Shown: positions 51,105 through 61,551 of the stretch, piece after piece
Numbering within the stretch: position 1 is the stretch's first letter
Layout of the letters: each line of letters starts with the position of its first letter
The notes under the pieces: model-generated
Databases searched by the model: none
What the model was told of the DNA's origin: nothing
What the model saw: the letters and a program-made list of their open reading frames with translations, nothing else
NCBI GenBank assembly: GCA_965219445.1
Contig: CBDCNQ010000005.1
Coordinates: 1,312,001-1,376,000 of the forward strand
Source of the DNA: Longimicrobiales bacterium
Lineage (GTDB): Bacteria > Gemmatimonadota > Gemmatimonadetes > Longimicrobiales > Gaopeijiaceae
Length of the DNA: 64,000 nucleotides
Direction: 5' to 3'
Translations under genes and position numbers: made by a program

Positions 51105-52148
51105 ATGAAATCGCGAGGAGAGGCTCTTAGGGACTACGTGATTCGACGAATCCTCCTGATGGTCCCGACTTTTCTCGGTATCACCTTCGTGACCTTTGCG
51201 CTATGTCAGTTCGTTCCAGGTGGGCAGATCGACCAGATGCGAATGGCGTTGGCGGGAGGTGGGGCGGGAGGTGAGGTAGGGGGAGGAGGAGGCAACGTAC
51301 AGCTCGACATACCAGACGAGCAACTGGAACTCCTCAGGGAATACTACGGATTCGACGAACCGCTCCCGGTGGCCTATGCGACCTGGCTCTGGGACGTGAT
51401 ACGCCTCGATTTCGGAGATTCCTTCCGGTACAACGAACCGGTTCTCCGTGTCATCGCCGACCGCCTCCCGGTCTCGATCTATTACGGACTTGTGACCGCG
51501 TTCTTTACCTATGGAATCTGCATTCCTCTCGGGATCCTAAAGGCAATCAAGCATCGAACCACCGTAGACAACCTTTCCTCGATCTTGATTTTCTTGGGCT
51601 ATGCGATTCCGGGCTTCGCGCTAGGTGCGGTACTGAGCAATATTTTCGCGGTAAGGTACGAGATCTTCCCGCTTGGCGGGTTTCAGTCGCCCGGGGGCGA
51701 GGAGCTTTCGATGGTCTCGCAGGCTCTAGACGTAGTGTGGCATTCCATCCTCCCGCTAATCGCGTATCTTGCCGGCGCATTTGCGATTATGACCATGCTC
51801 ATGAAGAACAGCCTCATCGAAAACATGAGTGCGGACTACGTGAAGACAGCGTTGGCGAAGGGGTTGAGTTGGCGGAGGACCATGTTCGTCCACGCATTGA
51901 GGAACTCGCTGATCCCGATGGCCACAAGCATCGGGACCCTGCTCGGAATCTTCCTAACAGGCAGCTTTCTTATCGAGCGCGTATTCAATATCCAGGGGGT
52001 CGGACTCCTCTCGTTCGAGGCGATCCAGACTCGCGATTTTCCGGTGGTGCTCGGCTTCCTGGTGATCTCCAGCGCTTTGCTCATGGTCGGGAACCTGGTA
52101 TCGGACCTCGCCGTAGCTTTCGTGGACCCCCGGGTGCGGTTCGAGTAG
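51105..52148 (+). CDS. Peptide ABC transporter permease (YejB-like)
   Basis: RRILLMVPTFLGIT, DYVKTALAKGL, HALRNSLIP, VDPRVRFE. Confidence 0.9.
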   Translation: MKSRGEALRDYVIRRILLMVPTFLGITFVTFALCQFVPGGQIDQMRMALAGGGAGGEVGGGGGNVQLDIPDEQLELLREYYGFDEPLPVAYATWLWDVIRLDFGDSFRYNEPVLRVIADRLPVSIYYGLVTAFFTYGICIPLGILKAIKHRTTVDNLSSILIFLGYAIPGFALGAVLSNIFAVRYEIFPLGGFQSPGGEELSMVSQALDVVWHSILPLIAYLAGAFAIMTMLMKNSLIENMSADYVKTALAKGLSWRRTMFVHALRNSLIPMATSIGTLLGIFLTGSFLIERVFNIQGVGLLSFEAIQTRDFPVVLGFLVISSALLMVGNLVSDLAVAFVDPRVRFE

Positions 52149-52163
52149 GCTGGCCGGGTCCCG

Positions 52164-53528
52164 ATGACTTGGATCAAACTGGACCCGATAACACGTAAGC
52201 GAATCGAGCGTTTTCGGCGCATCAAGCGCGGATACTACTCCTTCATAATACTTGTTCTGGCTGTTGGCCTGTCAGTCTTTGCTCCGTACCTCGCAGAGAG
52301 CCGCGCTCTTCTCGTCTGGTATGAAGGGCGCCTTTACTTCCCGACCTTCGAATACCTCCCCATGGAGATCTTCGACCAAGAGCCACCGCCTGCTTGGTCA
52401 ATGGGGGATATCGAGACGGAGTACCTTCGCCTCAAACGGGAGTGGGACCTTGAGCGCCAGCTGCACGACCGTGAGCTGACGGCGCTCGAGGATAGCCCGG
52501 CGGCTCGCGCAGTATTGGAAATACGATATCCGAATCGAGGAAACTTCGTTTTGATGCCTCTGGTCCCATGGGATCCCTACCAAAACGATTTTTGGTATAA
52601 CGAGATCTTGAATGAGATTCAGGTTCTCCTCGACCGAGGCGAGGACATGGAGGCGGCGCGGCTGGCGCGACGCGACCGTCTCGTAGAGCTAGCAAACGCG
52701 ATCGAGGGCGGTCGGATCGGGGCGATGATGGCTGATCCAGACCTTTCACCTACCGGTGACCTTGGCGGTCTAGCCCGAGCCGGAGCAATGCCATCCTTGA
52801 TCGGCCTCGGAGCGCTTCCTCCGACTCCGCCCGAGTTTAGCCGGCGGCACTACCTAGGTACTGATTCCCAGGGAAGGGACGTGGCCTCACGTCTTATCTA
52901 CGGGTTCCGAATTTCGGTCTTTTTCGCGCTGTTCCTTGTAGTGATCGGGCAAGCAATTGGGACCATTGTAGGAAGCCTCCAGGGTTACCTGGGAGGCCGC
53001 TTCGACATCCTGAGCCAGCGAGTAATCGAGGTTCTGCTCGCTGTCCCCTTCCTTTACGTCGTGATCGTGATGGCAGCACTCATCGCACCTACTTTTTGGA
53101 TGCTACTCGGGCTCATGGCGATCTTCCAGTGGATCAGCATCACGTTCTTCATGAGAACAGAGATGTATCGGGAAAAGACCCGGGAATATTGCTTGGCTGC
53201 CCGCTCATATGGTGCTTCTCATGCGAGGATCATGTTCCGACACCTGCTCCCAAACTGTTTGACACCGCTCGTGACATTCACGCCCTTTGCGGTGGTGGCC
53301 GCGATCTTCGCTCTGACAGCTTTGGACTATCTAGGGTATGGTCTACCAGCGCCGACGCCCAGCTGGGGAGAGCTCATCGATCAGGCCCTTCAGCTCGAAA
53401 ACCGGGACAAGCTGTGGTTGATCCTTTCTCCTTTCGGAGCCCTCACGGCCACCCTGGTCCTGGTTGTGTTTGTAGGTGAATCTATCAGGGAGGCGTTCGA
53501 CCCGAAGCAGTATGCGAAGTATGAGTAG
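52164..53528 (+). CDS. Peptide ABC transporter permease (YejE-like)
   Basis: RFRRIKRGYYS, LGTDSQGRDV..RLIYGFRIS, PTPSWGEL, REAFDP. Confidence 0.9.
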   Translation: MTWIKLDPITRKRIERFRRIKRGYYSFIILVLAVGLSVFAPYLAESRALLVWYEGRLYFPTFEYLPMEIFDQEPPPAWSMGDIETEYLRLKREWDLERQLHDRELTALEDSPAARAVLEIRYPNRGNFVLMPLVPWDPYQNDFWYNEILNEIQVLLDRGEDMEAARLARRDRLVELANAIEGGRIGAMMADPDLSPTGDLGGLARAGAMPSLIGLGALPPTPPEFSRRHYLGTDSQGRDVASRLIYGFRISVFFALFLVVIGQAIGTIVGSLQGYLGGRFDILSQRVIEVLLAVPFLYVVIVMAALIAPTFWMLLGLMAIFQWISITFFMRTEMYREKTREYCLAARSYGASHARIMFRHLLPNCLTPLVTFTPFAVVAAIFALTALDYLGYGLPAPTPSWGELIDQALQLENRDKLWLILSPFGALTATLVLVVFVGESIREAFDPKQYAKYE

Positions 53529-53564
53529 GCTCAACGGAGGCCGACCGAAAGAGAGGAGGGTAGG

Positions 53565-55466
53565 ATGAGAGGAACGCGTTGGGTCATTTATGCGGTTGCC
53601 GCAGGGATCCTAGGTCCCTCTGGGATTCTCGCCCAAGCGGAGGGCGCCAACGAGACAAACGGGCTACCCGAAAACATCGTTTGGGAGACGAACAACGACG
53701 ATCCTCTAATCGGTTCCCCAGAAGCGATTCGCGGAGGGACATTCAACACTTGGATCGGCTCTTATCCGCTTACGTTCCGCCTGATGGGACCAAACTCCAA
53801 CAATGCCTTCGCAGCGTGGAACTGGGCCTTTACGTTGGCCTTCGGTCTTGTAGGGCGACACCCGGTCACGGACGACTTCTTTCCGCTCATGGCTACTCAC
53901 TGGTCGGTCCAAGAGGATCAGAGGACGATTTACTTCAGGTTGGACCCGGATGCCCGGTTCAGTGATGGTGAGCCCATAACTTCCGATGACTACGTCTTCA
54001 CGTGGGAGATGATGCGATCCGAGCACATCGTCGACCCTTATTGGAACAGTTACGCTGACCAGTTCTATGAGTTGGTCGAGGCCATCGATGACCACACCCT
54101 CCGGATCGTGGGAACCCGTCCGAGTTGGCGCCCGCTGCCCGACTATGGGGGCCTTTGGCCAACACCTTCCCATGCCATCGCGCTCGATGAGGAATGGGTC
54201 GATCGGACCACAAACGATTTCCAGATTGCAGTCGGCCCCTATGTCGTCTCCGAGGTGCAACGCGGTGAGTCAGTGACCTTCGAGCGAATCGAAGACTGGT
54301 GGGGTGATGGAAAGCGCTACTTCATCGGTCAGTTCAACTTTGATCGGGTTCATCTTCGTGTGATACCCGTTGAGCGCACGCTGGACTACCTGCGGCGGGG
54401 CGAACTCGATCTCGATATGGAAAACACCGCCAGGACTTGGAATGAGGAGTACGCCTTTGAGGCCGTCCGGAACGGGTGGGTGCGTAGGGGTCGGGTTTTC
54501 CTGGATACACCGTCCGGAGTCTACGGTCTCGCCATGAACGTCGAGGCCCCGGTCTTTCAGAACGAAGACTTCCGGAAGGCGATGCACCATCTCTTCAACT
54601 TCGAGCGCCTGAATGACAATCTCATGTTTGGGGAGTATTTCCGTCAGACCTCCTTCTTTCAGGGCACGGAGTTCGCCAATCCGGAGGTGAGACCCCGTCC
54701 GTTCGACCCAGTACTCGCACGAGAGTACTTGGAGCGCGCGGGGTATCGAAGGCCGAGCAATGTCAGAAGCGGGAGCCTCTTCGCCGGCGTCCGGAACGCT
54801 CTCCGGGGCCTGATTTTTACTCGCTCTGATGATGCGGACGTGCTCGTGAACGAGAGGGGGGAGAAGGCCCGTTTCACTCTCCTCTACGGTTCGGCCGGTC
54901 TCACGCGACATCTCACTGTTGTTCAGCAGGAGTTCCGCCGCGCGGGAGTCGATATGCGGCTGCAACTCCTCGAACCCGGCACGGCCTTCGAACGGGGCTT
55001 AGAGCGCAAGTATGAGATGACACTGATTTCCAGATCTACGAGCTACTATCCAGGCGTCCGGCAGTATCTTCACAGCGAGTTCAAGGAGACCACCAACAAC
55101 AACAACATATGGGGGTTTGGAACCGAAGAAGTGGACGAACTCATCGCGACCTATGAGGAGAGCCTCGATCCCGAGGCCCGCATCGCCGCGATGCATCGGA
55201 TCGACGAGATCGTGCACGAGGAGGCCTTCTATATCCCATTTTGGGATGCGCCCTACACTCGCTTGGTTTATTGGGACTACGTGCAATTTCCCGAATTCTA
55301 CCTCCCCAGAAGAAACCAGACGCTGAATATTACCGACTGGATGGTCTACTGGATTGATCCAGAGCGGAAGGCCCGTCTGGAGGAGGCGATGGCAAGGGGC
55401 GAGGCTTTCCCTGTTGATGAAGATCTCGACAAGGATTATTGGGGCATACGGGATCGCTTCCGGTGA
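53565..55466 (+). CDS. Peptide ABC transporter substrate-binding protein (YejA-like)
   Basis: Signal peptide, SPEAIRGG, ARFSDGEPITSDD, GPY, NFD. Confidence 0.88.
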   Translation: MRGTRWVIYAVAAGILGPSGILAQAEGANETNGLPENIVWETNNDDPLIGSPEAIRGGTFNTWIGSYPLTFRLMGPNSNNAFAAWNWAFTLAFGLVGRHPVTDDFFPLMATHWSVQEDQRTIYFRLDPDARFSDGEPITSDDYVFTWEMMRSEHIVDPYWNSYADQFYELVEAIDDHTLRIVGTRPSWRPLPDYGGLWPTPSHAIALDEEWVDRTTNDFQIAVGPYVVSEVQRGESVTFERIEDWWGDGKRYFIGQFNFDRVHLRVIPVERTLDYLRRGELDLDMENTARTWNEEYAFEAVRNGWVRRGRVFLDTPSGVYGLAMNVEAPVFQNEDFRKAMHHLFNFERLNDNLMFGEYFRQTSFFQGTEFANPEVRPRPFDPVLAREYLERAGYRRPSNVRSGSLFAGVRNALRGLIFTRSDDADVLVNERGEKARFTLLYGSAGLTRHLTVVQQEFRRAGVDMRLQLLEPGTAFERGLERKYEMTLISRSTSYYPGVRQYLHSEFKETTNNNNIWGFGTEEVDELIATYEESLDPEARIAAMHRIDEIVHEEAFYIPFWDAPYTRLVYWDYVQFPEFYLPRRNQTLNITDWMVYWIDPERKARLEEAMARGEAFPVDEDLDKDYWGIRDRFR

Positions 55467-56572
55467 CCCCGTCTGAAGAACACGGGCAGTCCACGGGCCA
55501 AGAGGCCGCAACCTGGCTCGCAGATTCTCCCCTCCTACAAGTCGAAGACCTCCAGGTCGCATTCGAGACTGAAGAAGGCCTCCTCCATGCCGTCGATGGC
55601 GTGTCCTTCCAAATCAGCGCAGGTCGGACTCTAGGAATCGTTGGCGAATCCGGCTGTGGGAAGAGCGTAACGGCGTCGTCGATACTTCGGCTCGTTCCGA
55701 GCCCCCCCGGTAGGATCCTGGGTGGAGAGATCCGCTTCGCGGGGAGCGACATTCTGAACATGTCCCCCGCCGAGCTGACCGGAATTCGGGGGAACGAGAT
55801 CTCGATGATCTTTCAGGATCCGATGACGTCGCTCAACCCCGTGTTCACGGTGGAGCGACAGATGGGAGAGGTCCTGAAACTTCGCTTCGGGTTAGGGAGG
55901 CCAGAGGCGCGCGCGCGTGTGGCCGAGATGCTCCGAACCGTTGGGATCGCGGACCCGGAATCGCGCCTCATTGCTTATCCGCACGAACTCTCCGGAGGGA
56001 TGAAGCAACGGGTCATGATCGCAATGGCACTGTTGTGCGAGCCCAAACTCCTCATCGCCGATGAGCCGACGACTGCCCTGGACGTGACGATCCAAGCCCA
56101 GATCCTCCGCCTGATAAAGGACCTGCAGGCGAACACCGGAGCGGCCGTCCTCCTCATCACGCACGACATGGGGGTCGTTGCAGGAACCTGTGATGAGGTG
56201 GCGGTCATGTATGCGGGGCAAGTGGTTGAGCAGGGTTCCATCATCGAGATCTTCGAGCGGAGCCGGCACCCGTACACGCGAGGTCTGCTAGAGAGCGTTC
56301 CCAAGAAGGGAGTGCCAAAGAAATCCGAGTTGCCGACGATCGAAGGGCTCGTCCCCTCACTACTCCGGCCCCCGAAGGGTTGCCGCTTTGCTCCACGCTG
56401 CTGGAAACGACGAGGACTCGGGGACGACGACCAGCGTCGGTGCCTCGAGGGAAATCCGACGCTTCGGCCGTCGGGGGAAGGACGTGTCGCGTGCCATTTC
56501 CCGCTCGGGGAGGACGACCGGATGCCTCTTCAGCCTGCCGTGTCCTCCTCAGAGGCAGTGCGTGAACACTGA
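55463..56572 (+). CDS. Oligopeptide ABC ATPase (OppD-like)
   Basis: [29 protein letters not shown]. Confidence 0.93.
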   Translation: MTPSEEHGQSTGQEAATWLADSPLLQVEDLQVAFETEEGLLHAVDGVSFQISAGRTLGIVGESGCGKSVTASSILRLVPSPPGRILGGEIRFAGSDILNMSPAELTGIRGNEISMIFQDPMTSLNPVFTVERQMGEVLKLRFGLGRPEARARVAEMLRTVGIADPESRLIAYPHELSGGMKQRVMIAMALLCEPKLLIADEPTTALDVTIQAQILRLIKDLQANTGAAVLLITHDMGVVAGTCDEVAVMYAGQVVEQGSIIEIFERSRHPYTRGLLESVPKKGVPKKSELPTIEGLVPSLLRPPKGCRFAPRCWKRRGLGDDDQRRCLEGNPTLRPSGEGRVACHFPLGEDDRMPLQPAVSSSEAVREH

Positions 56573-57566
56573 AGCCGAGCCCATCCTCTCGGTGGAGGGG
56601 CTGAAGAAGCATTACGCCGTACGGGGGGGTGTGTTTGGGGGGCGGGTCGGCGAAGTCCGAGCCGTGGACGGGGTCTCGTTCTCGGTCCAAAGAGGAGACA
56701 CGCTCGGTTTGGTCGGTGAGTCCGGCTGCGGAAAATCGACTCTTGGCCGAGCCTTGAACCGTCTGGAGGAGCCGACTGCGGGAACCGTCCTATTCGAAGG
56801 AAAGGATCTCGCTCAGGCAAAGGGTCGGGCCCTACTTCAACTCCGTAGGGACATTCAGATGATCTTTCAGGACCCCTACTCCTCACTCAACCCGAGAATG
56901 ACGATCGGTGAGATCGTGCGGGAACCCCTGCTCGTGCACCGCGTGGGAACGAAAGCCGAGCAGATGGAGGCGGTGCGCGAGCTACTCGAAATCGTGGGTT
57001 TGGCTGAGGACACGTTGGGGCGCTACCCCCACGAATTCTCGGGAGGTCAACGGCAGAGGGTTGGGCTCGCTCGGGCGCTCACGCTTGAGCCCAAGCTCGT
57101 AATCGCCGACGAGCCTGTCTCAGCGTTGGACGTATCGGTGCAAAGCCAGGTCCTGAACCTGATGGTCCGCCTGCAACGAGAGCGAAACCTTACGTATGTC
57201 TTCATCAGCCATGACCTGTCCGTCGTGGAGCATATCAGCGACACGATCGCGATCATGTATTTGGGAAGGATCGTCGAGACGGGGCCGGCCGACACAATCT
57301 TCGACCGTCCCGCTCACCCGTATACGCGCGCCCTCATCGAGGCTATTCCAGTTCCTGATCCTCGCGCGAGACACGAGGCGGTACCCCTCGAGGGAGAGGC
57401 GCCGAGCCCCGTGTCTCCCCCTCCGGGATGCCCGTTCCACCCCCGTTGTTCCTTCGCGATTCCCGAGTGCAGTGCGACCCTTCCTGTCCTCGAGCCGGTC
57501 GGAGCCTCGGGCGAGGACATCGGACGTGAGCACTTGGCAGCGTGCATCCGAAAGAGCGAGATCTAG
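56562..57566 (+). CDS. Oligopeptide ABC ATPase (OppF-like)
   Basis: [32 protein letters not shown]. Confidence 0.93.
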   Translation: MNTEAEPILSVEGLKKHYAVRGGVFGGRVGEVRAVDGVSFSVQRGDTLGLVGESGCGKSTLGRALNRLEEPTAGTVLFEGKDLAQAKGRALLQLRRDIQMIFQDPYSSLNPRMTIGEIVREPLLVHRVGTKAEQMEAVRELLEIVGLAEDTLGRYPHEFSGGQRQRVGLARALTLEPKLVIADEPVSALDVSVQSQVLNLMVRLQRERNLTYVFISHDLSVVEHISDTIAIMYLGRIVETGPADTIFDRPAHPYTRALIEAIPVPDPRARHEAVPLEGEAPSPVSPPPGCPFHPRCSFAIPECSATLPVLEPVGASGEDIGREHLAACIRKSEI

Positions 57567-57581
57567 ACCGATGGGCGAGAC

Positions 57582-58406
57582 CTAGTCAGGCTTCGACGCG
57601 AGCGCGTAAATCCCCGGCATTTGTATCGTCGTCACGCGCGCTTCCGCTAGCTGCTGATTGCAGCGAGACCGGACACGGCTGGCGGTTTCATCGTCCATCT
57701 CCAGCATGGTCCGCCGCATACCACTCCCCATCACGGCCAGCCACCAGTCATCCGGGGTTGGGATGGGCACTTCTCTCGGCTCCAGTTTGACGGCGGAGGC
57801 TGTCACCCCTCCACTCGCGAGGAGGCCTCGCACCGCGTCGGGATCCTCGGTGCGCTCCCAGGAGAAGGTCAGCGAAGTCCCGGGTTTCTCGGCACGTACG
57901 GCTTCCTTCCAAAGGCCGAGCGCAGGCTGGAATGCGCCCTCTCCTAGGGTTGTGATCGCGAGCTGACCGCCCGGTTTCAGGATTCGCCAAAGAGTGGCGA
58001 CCAGGGCCGGCATGTCTGGGACGAAGAAAGCCCCGAGAACTGAAATGACCGCGTCGAAATTCTCCGGGGAAAAGTCCAGCTGTGCCATGTCTCCAAGACG
58101 GACTTCCACGTTCTCGAGCCCGTTCGCCGCCGCTCGCTCGCTCGCCATGCGTAGCATCTGATCAGAGCTATCGAGGGCGATCACCCGACCCTCCGAGCCG
58201 ACGGATTTCGCAGCGGCCACGGTCGACGCCCCGGGTCCACATGCTACGTCGAGTACGCGGCCACCCCGATGCAGCTCCATCTGATCGACGGTACGGAGAG
58301 AGAGGAACCCCCAAAACCGTTCTGAGGCTTCTCTATACTCGAGCGCTGCGTCGTCGTACGCCGGCGGCGGTGAGTTCCTCCAGAGACCTGGGGCTTGGTC
58401 ACTCAT
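57582..58406 (-). CDS. Class I SAM-dependent methyltransferase
   Basis: VLDVACGPG, FDAVIS, ILKPGG. Confidence 0.88.
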   Translation of the reverse strand: MSDQAPGLWRNSPPPAYDDAALEYREASERFWGFLSLRTVDQMELHRGGRVLDVACGPGASTVAAAKSVGSEGRVIALDSSDQMLRMASERAAANGLENVEVRLGDMAQLDFSPENFDAVISVLGAFFVPDMPALVATLWRILKPGGQLAITTLGEGAFQPALGLWKEAVRAEKPGTSLTFSWERTEDPDAVRGLLASGGVTASAVKLEPREVPIPTPDDWWLAVMGSGMRRTMLEMDDETASRVRSRCNQQLAEARVTTIQMPGIYALASKPD

Positions 58407-58442
58407 CGGCCGAGGACCGGCAGAGTCCAAACAACAGCAGGT

Positions 58443-59102
58443 CTACTCGATGCCCTCGGCGGCCGTCATGAGGCCCAAGTGCCTTTCCGCTTGTTCGATG
58501 CCACCTTCGCCATCTCCCCAACCGATCTGTCCATCCCCGTTCCCGTCCACGCCGGATAGGAGCTGGTTGGCCAGGGTCTGGATACGCATGGTCAGACCCT
58601 CTGCCGTCGTGTAGTCACTGGCCGCCGCCACTTGGGCCGCGAGCTCCGCGATTTCTGCCGCACGTTCAGCGACAGAGGTTGAGGCGGTCGCGATGTGGTT
58701 CGCATGGGTCTGAACTGCGTCGGACGCTCCATCGGATCCCGCTGCGAGCCCGATGTGCTGAGCGGCTCCTTCGGCGGCGGCGATGACTCCGAAGCCGAGG
58801 CCTGGACCTTCGCCCGCCTGGCTAGGATCCACAGCGTGTAGAACGTGGGCAGCATGCGTCTGCATCCACTCGAGGTTCGACACGTCCCTGGCCGCAAACG
58901 CTATGTGCTGAACCACGGTTTCTGCCTCCGCTCGTGCGGTGGGCAGGAGCCCCGCGCCGTCCGGCGCCCGGCCGAATCCCGTCGCGACGTGCCCAATGTG
59001 TGTGTGGGCGGGATTGTCCTGAACAGCCGCGGCCGGCTCGGCCGAGAGGGCGATTGCCAGGCCAATCGTGAGCAGTTGGACTGCCCGTGAGTTGGAACGC
59101 AT
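58443..59102 (-). CDS. Secreted His-rich helical hypothetical protein
   Basis: Signal peptide; HTHIGH, HAAHVLH, HANH; DGNGDGQIG. Confidence 0.7.
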   Translation of the reverse strand: MRSNSRAVQLLTIGLAIALSAEPAAAVQDNPAHTHIGHVATGFGRAPDGAGLLPTARAEAETVVQHIAFAARDVSNLEWMQTHAAHVLHAVDPSQAGEGPGLGFGVIAAAEGAAQHIGLAAGSDGASDAVQTHANHIATASTSVAERAAEIAELAAQVAAASDYTTAEGLTMRIQTLANQLLSGVDGNGDGQIGWGDGEGGIEQAERHLGLMTAAEGIE

Positions 59103-59151
59103 CAAGAACCTCCTATCGGGTAAGACGCGAGCAAGTGCAAGTTTCTGAAAA

Positions 59152-60276
59152 ATGGACTCCAAAGGTGATGCCACGGCCCATGGCCCGGCAAGGCTATATT
59201 CGTTGATGCATCCGATCGCCACAGATCCACAGACATTTCTGGCAGTGAACCCGATCGGGGCAGCCACCGCCCTGTTTCTTCTCCGACGGTCCGCGCTCTC
59301 GACGGTCTTCGGGGCAGTGCTTCTCGGCGGATGCGGGGGAGGACCGACCGAGGGTAGCGGTCTCGAGTCTCCCGAGATCCTCGAGCCGGGAGACCATGAG
59401 TTTGCCCTGACCTTCGACAGCAGAAGCCGCTACTTCTTGGTGCATGTGCCCTCTCAGGCCATGGCTGGGGAGCCTCTTCCTGTGGTCGTGGCGCTTCACG
59501 GCGGCGGTGGCAACCCCGAACAGTTCAAGTCGGAGAACGGGGTTGATGAGGTGGCCGACGCCGCAGGATTCATCGCGGTCTATCCGGCCGGCACCGGCGT
59601 CCTTCCTCGCACGCTTCTGACCTGGAACGCGGGCACGGATTGTTGCGGGTTCGCTTTGGAACAGGACGTGGATGACGTCGGATTCCTCATGGCGGTGGTG
59701 GACGATCTGGATTCGCGGACCGAGGTGGACTCACGTCGTGTCTACTTCACGGGGCATTCAAACGGAGGCATCATGGCGTACCGGATTGCGGCCGAAGCCG
59801 CCGAGCGGGTGGCAGCCATAGCCCCAGTTGCCGGAGCCATGATGCAGGACGAGTTTTCGCCGAACCGAGCTGTCCCACTCCTCCACATCCATAGTGTAGA
59901 CGACCCCAGGGCCCTATATGAAGGGGGGCTTGGACCACCCTTTCCGATCGGTGGTGGGCAGGTTCTCCATCAGCCCGCGATGGACGGGATTTTGGCATGG
60001 GTGGCTCGAAACGGATGTGCGGTCCAGCCTCAGATCGGGGAGGAGCGAGAGGGGGGGAGCGGAACGCCAAACGAAGGACACCGAGCGGAGAGGTTGACGT
60101 GGGATCCATGCGAGACCGGGGCGCCAGTGATTCACTGGCGATTGCATGGGGTAGGCCATGGGTGGCCGGGAGTTCTCCTCTCTCCAGCGCGTGAGGAGTT
60201 GGTCGGAACGTCTACAACATTGCTCTCTGCCGCCGCCGAAGCCTGGATGTTCTTCGAAAATCACGCACTTCCCTAA
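59152..60276 (+). CDS. PHB-depolymerase/LpqC-like esterase lipoprotein (start uncertain)
   Basis: LHGGGG, WNAG.CCG, DDVGF, GHSNGG, GHGWPG; LGGC lipobox. Confidence 0.85.
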   Translation: MDSKGDATAHGPARLYSLMHPIATDPQTFLAVNPIGAATALFLLRRSALSTVFGAVLLGGCGGGPTEGSGLESPEILEPGDHEFALTFDSRSRYFLVHVPSQAMAGEPLPVVVALHGGGGNPEQFKSENGVDEVADAAGFIAVYPAGTGVLPRTLLTWNAGTDCCGFALEQDVDDVGFLMAVVDDLDSRTEVDSRRVYFTGHSNGGIMAYRIAAEAAERVAAIAPVAGAMMQDEFSPNRAVPLLHIHSVDDPRALYEGGLGPPFPIGGGQVLHQPAMDGILAWVARNGCAVQPQIGEEREGGSGTPNEGHRAERLTWDPCETGAPVIHWRLHGVGHGWPGVLLSPAREELVGTSTTLLSAAAEAWMFFENHALP

Positions 60277-60360
60277 GCGCTCGTACGGTGGGCGGAGGGG
60301 CGCTATAGAGGTTTCACCTGGATTCTCTCACTGGTATGTTCGCCGGACGTGCGAACTCGG

Positions 60361-61551
60361 ATGACGGAGCCTGAAATGACCTGGTCCATACCTTCCGATG
60401 CCCGATGGGGCGTCACCTACATAGCAGTCGCAGGAGTTTTTTGGACCCTGGTGGGGTGTGGGGCTCCCGATCCTGAAGGCGATGCCCTCGGTGGAGAGCT
60501 CGCGGCTGATGCTGAGGCTATCTGGACTGGTTCGACCCCGGCAGGGGAATGGACGGGCGCCGAAACCGTGGACCCCTTTCCCGGTGAAGACAGCTTTTCA
60601 GCGCTGAACCAGCTTACTCACGGTGGCACGAACGCAGAAGCGTATTTTTCGGCAGACGGAGGAAGGCTGATCTTCCAGTCGACTTGGCCTGGTGTGAGCG
60701 AATGCGACCAGATGTATACCATGAATCTGGACGGCTCTGATCTCCAGCTTGTCTCGACGGGGGAGGGCCGAACCACCTGCGGATACCACTTCCCTGGTCG
60801 AGATCTCATCCTCTTCAGCTCCACTCATTTGGTGAGCGAGCAATGTCCGCCGGCGCCTGATCGAAGCCAAGGCTACGTCTGGGGTCTCTTCGATTACGAG
60901 GTATTCACCCGAGATCTGACGACTGGGGAGGTCTCCCAGCTTACCGACGCAGCTGGGTACGACGCCGAGGCCACCATCTCTCCTGACGGAGGCACGATTG
61001 TCTTCACTTCGATGCGAAGCGGAGATCTGGAGATTTGGGCAATGGACGCGGATGGATCCAACCCGCGACAGCTCACGGACGACCTGGGATACGAGGGCGG
61101 TGCGTTCTTCTCGGGGGACGGCACACAGATCGTCTACCGAGCGTTTCTTCCAAGAAATGACGAAGAGCTTTCCGACTACGAGACCCTCTTGAGTCAGAAC
61201 CTCGTCCGAGGCGGAAGGCTCGAAGTCTTCGTGATGGACGCCGATGGATCTAACAAGCGCCAAGTCACCGACAATGGGTCGTCGAACTTTGCGCCGTTCT
61301 TTCACCCCAACGGGAGGCAAATCGTCTTTAGCTCGAACACCGGTGACCCGTCGGGGCGTTCCTTCGATCTCTACGCGATCAACGTTGATGGGACCGGGCT
61401 TCGGCAGATAACCGCGAGCGGGGGATTCAACAGTTTCCCGATGTTCAGCCCAGACGGGAGGCTCTTTGCCTTTGCGTCGGACAGAGGCGCTCCGGGGCCG
61501 GGAGAGATCAATGTCTTCCTGGCCGAGCGGAGCGAGACAACCTCTCAATGA
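60361..61551 (+). CDS. TolB-like PD40 beta-propeller lipoprotein
   Basis: NAEAYFS.DG, YDAEATISPDG..IVFTS.R, FPMFSPDG repeats. Confidence 0.85.
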   Translation: MTEPEMTWSIPSDARWGVTYIAVAGVFWTLVGCGAPDPEGDALGGELAADAEAIWTGSTPAGEWTGAETVDPFPGEDSFSALNQLTHGGTNAEAYFSADGGRLIFQSTWPGVSECDQMYTMNLDGSDLQLVSTGEGRTTCGYHFPGRDLILFSSTHLVSEQCPPAPDRSQGYVWGLFDYEVFTRDLTTGEVSQLTDAAGYDAEATISPDGGTIVFTSMRSGDLEIWAMDADGSNPRQLTDDLGYEGGAFFSGDGTQIVYRAFLPRNDEELSDYETLLSQNLVRGGRLEVFVMDADGSNKRQVTDNGSSNFAPFFHPNGRQIVFSSNTGDPSGRSFDLYAINVDGTGLRQITASGGFNSFPMFSPDGRLFAFASDRGAPGPGEINVFLAERSETTSQ

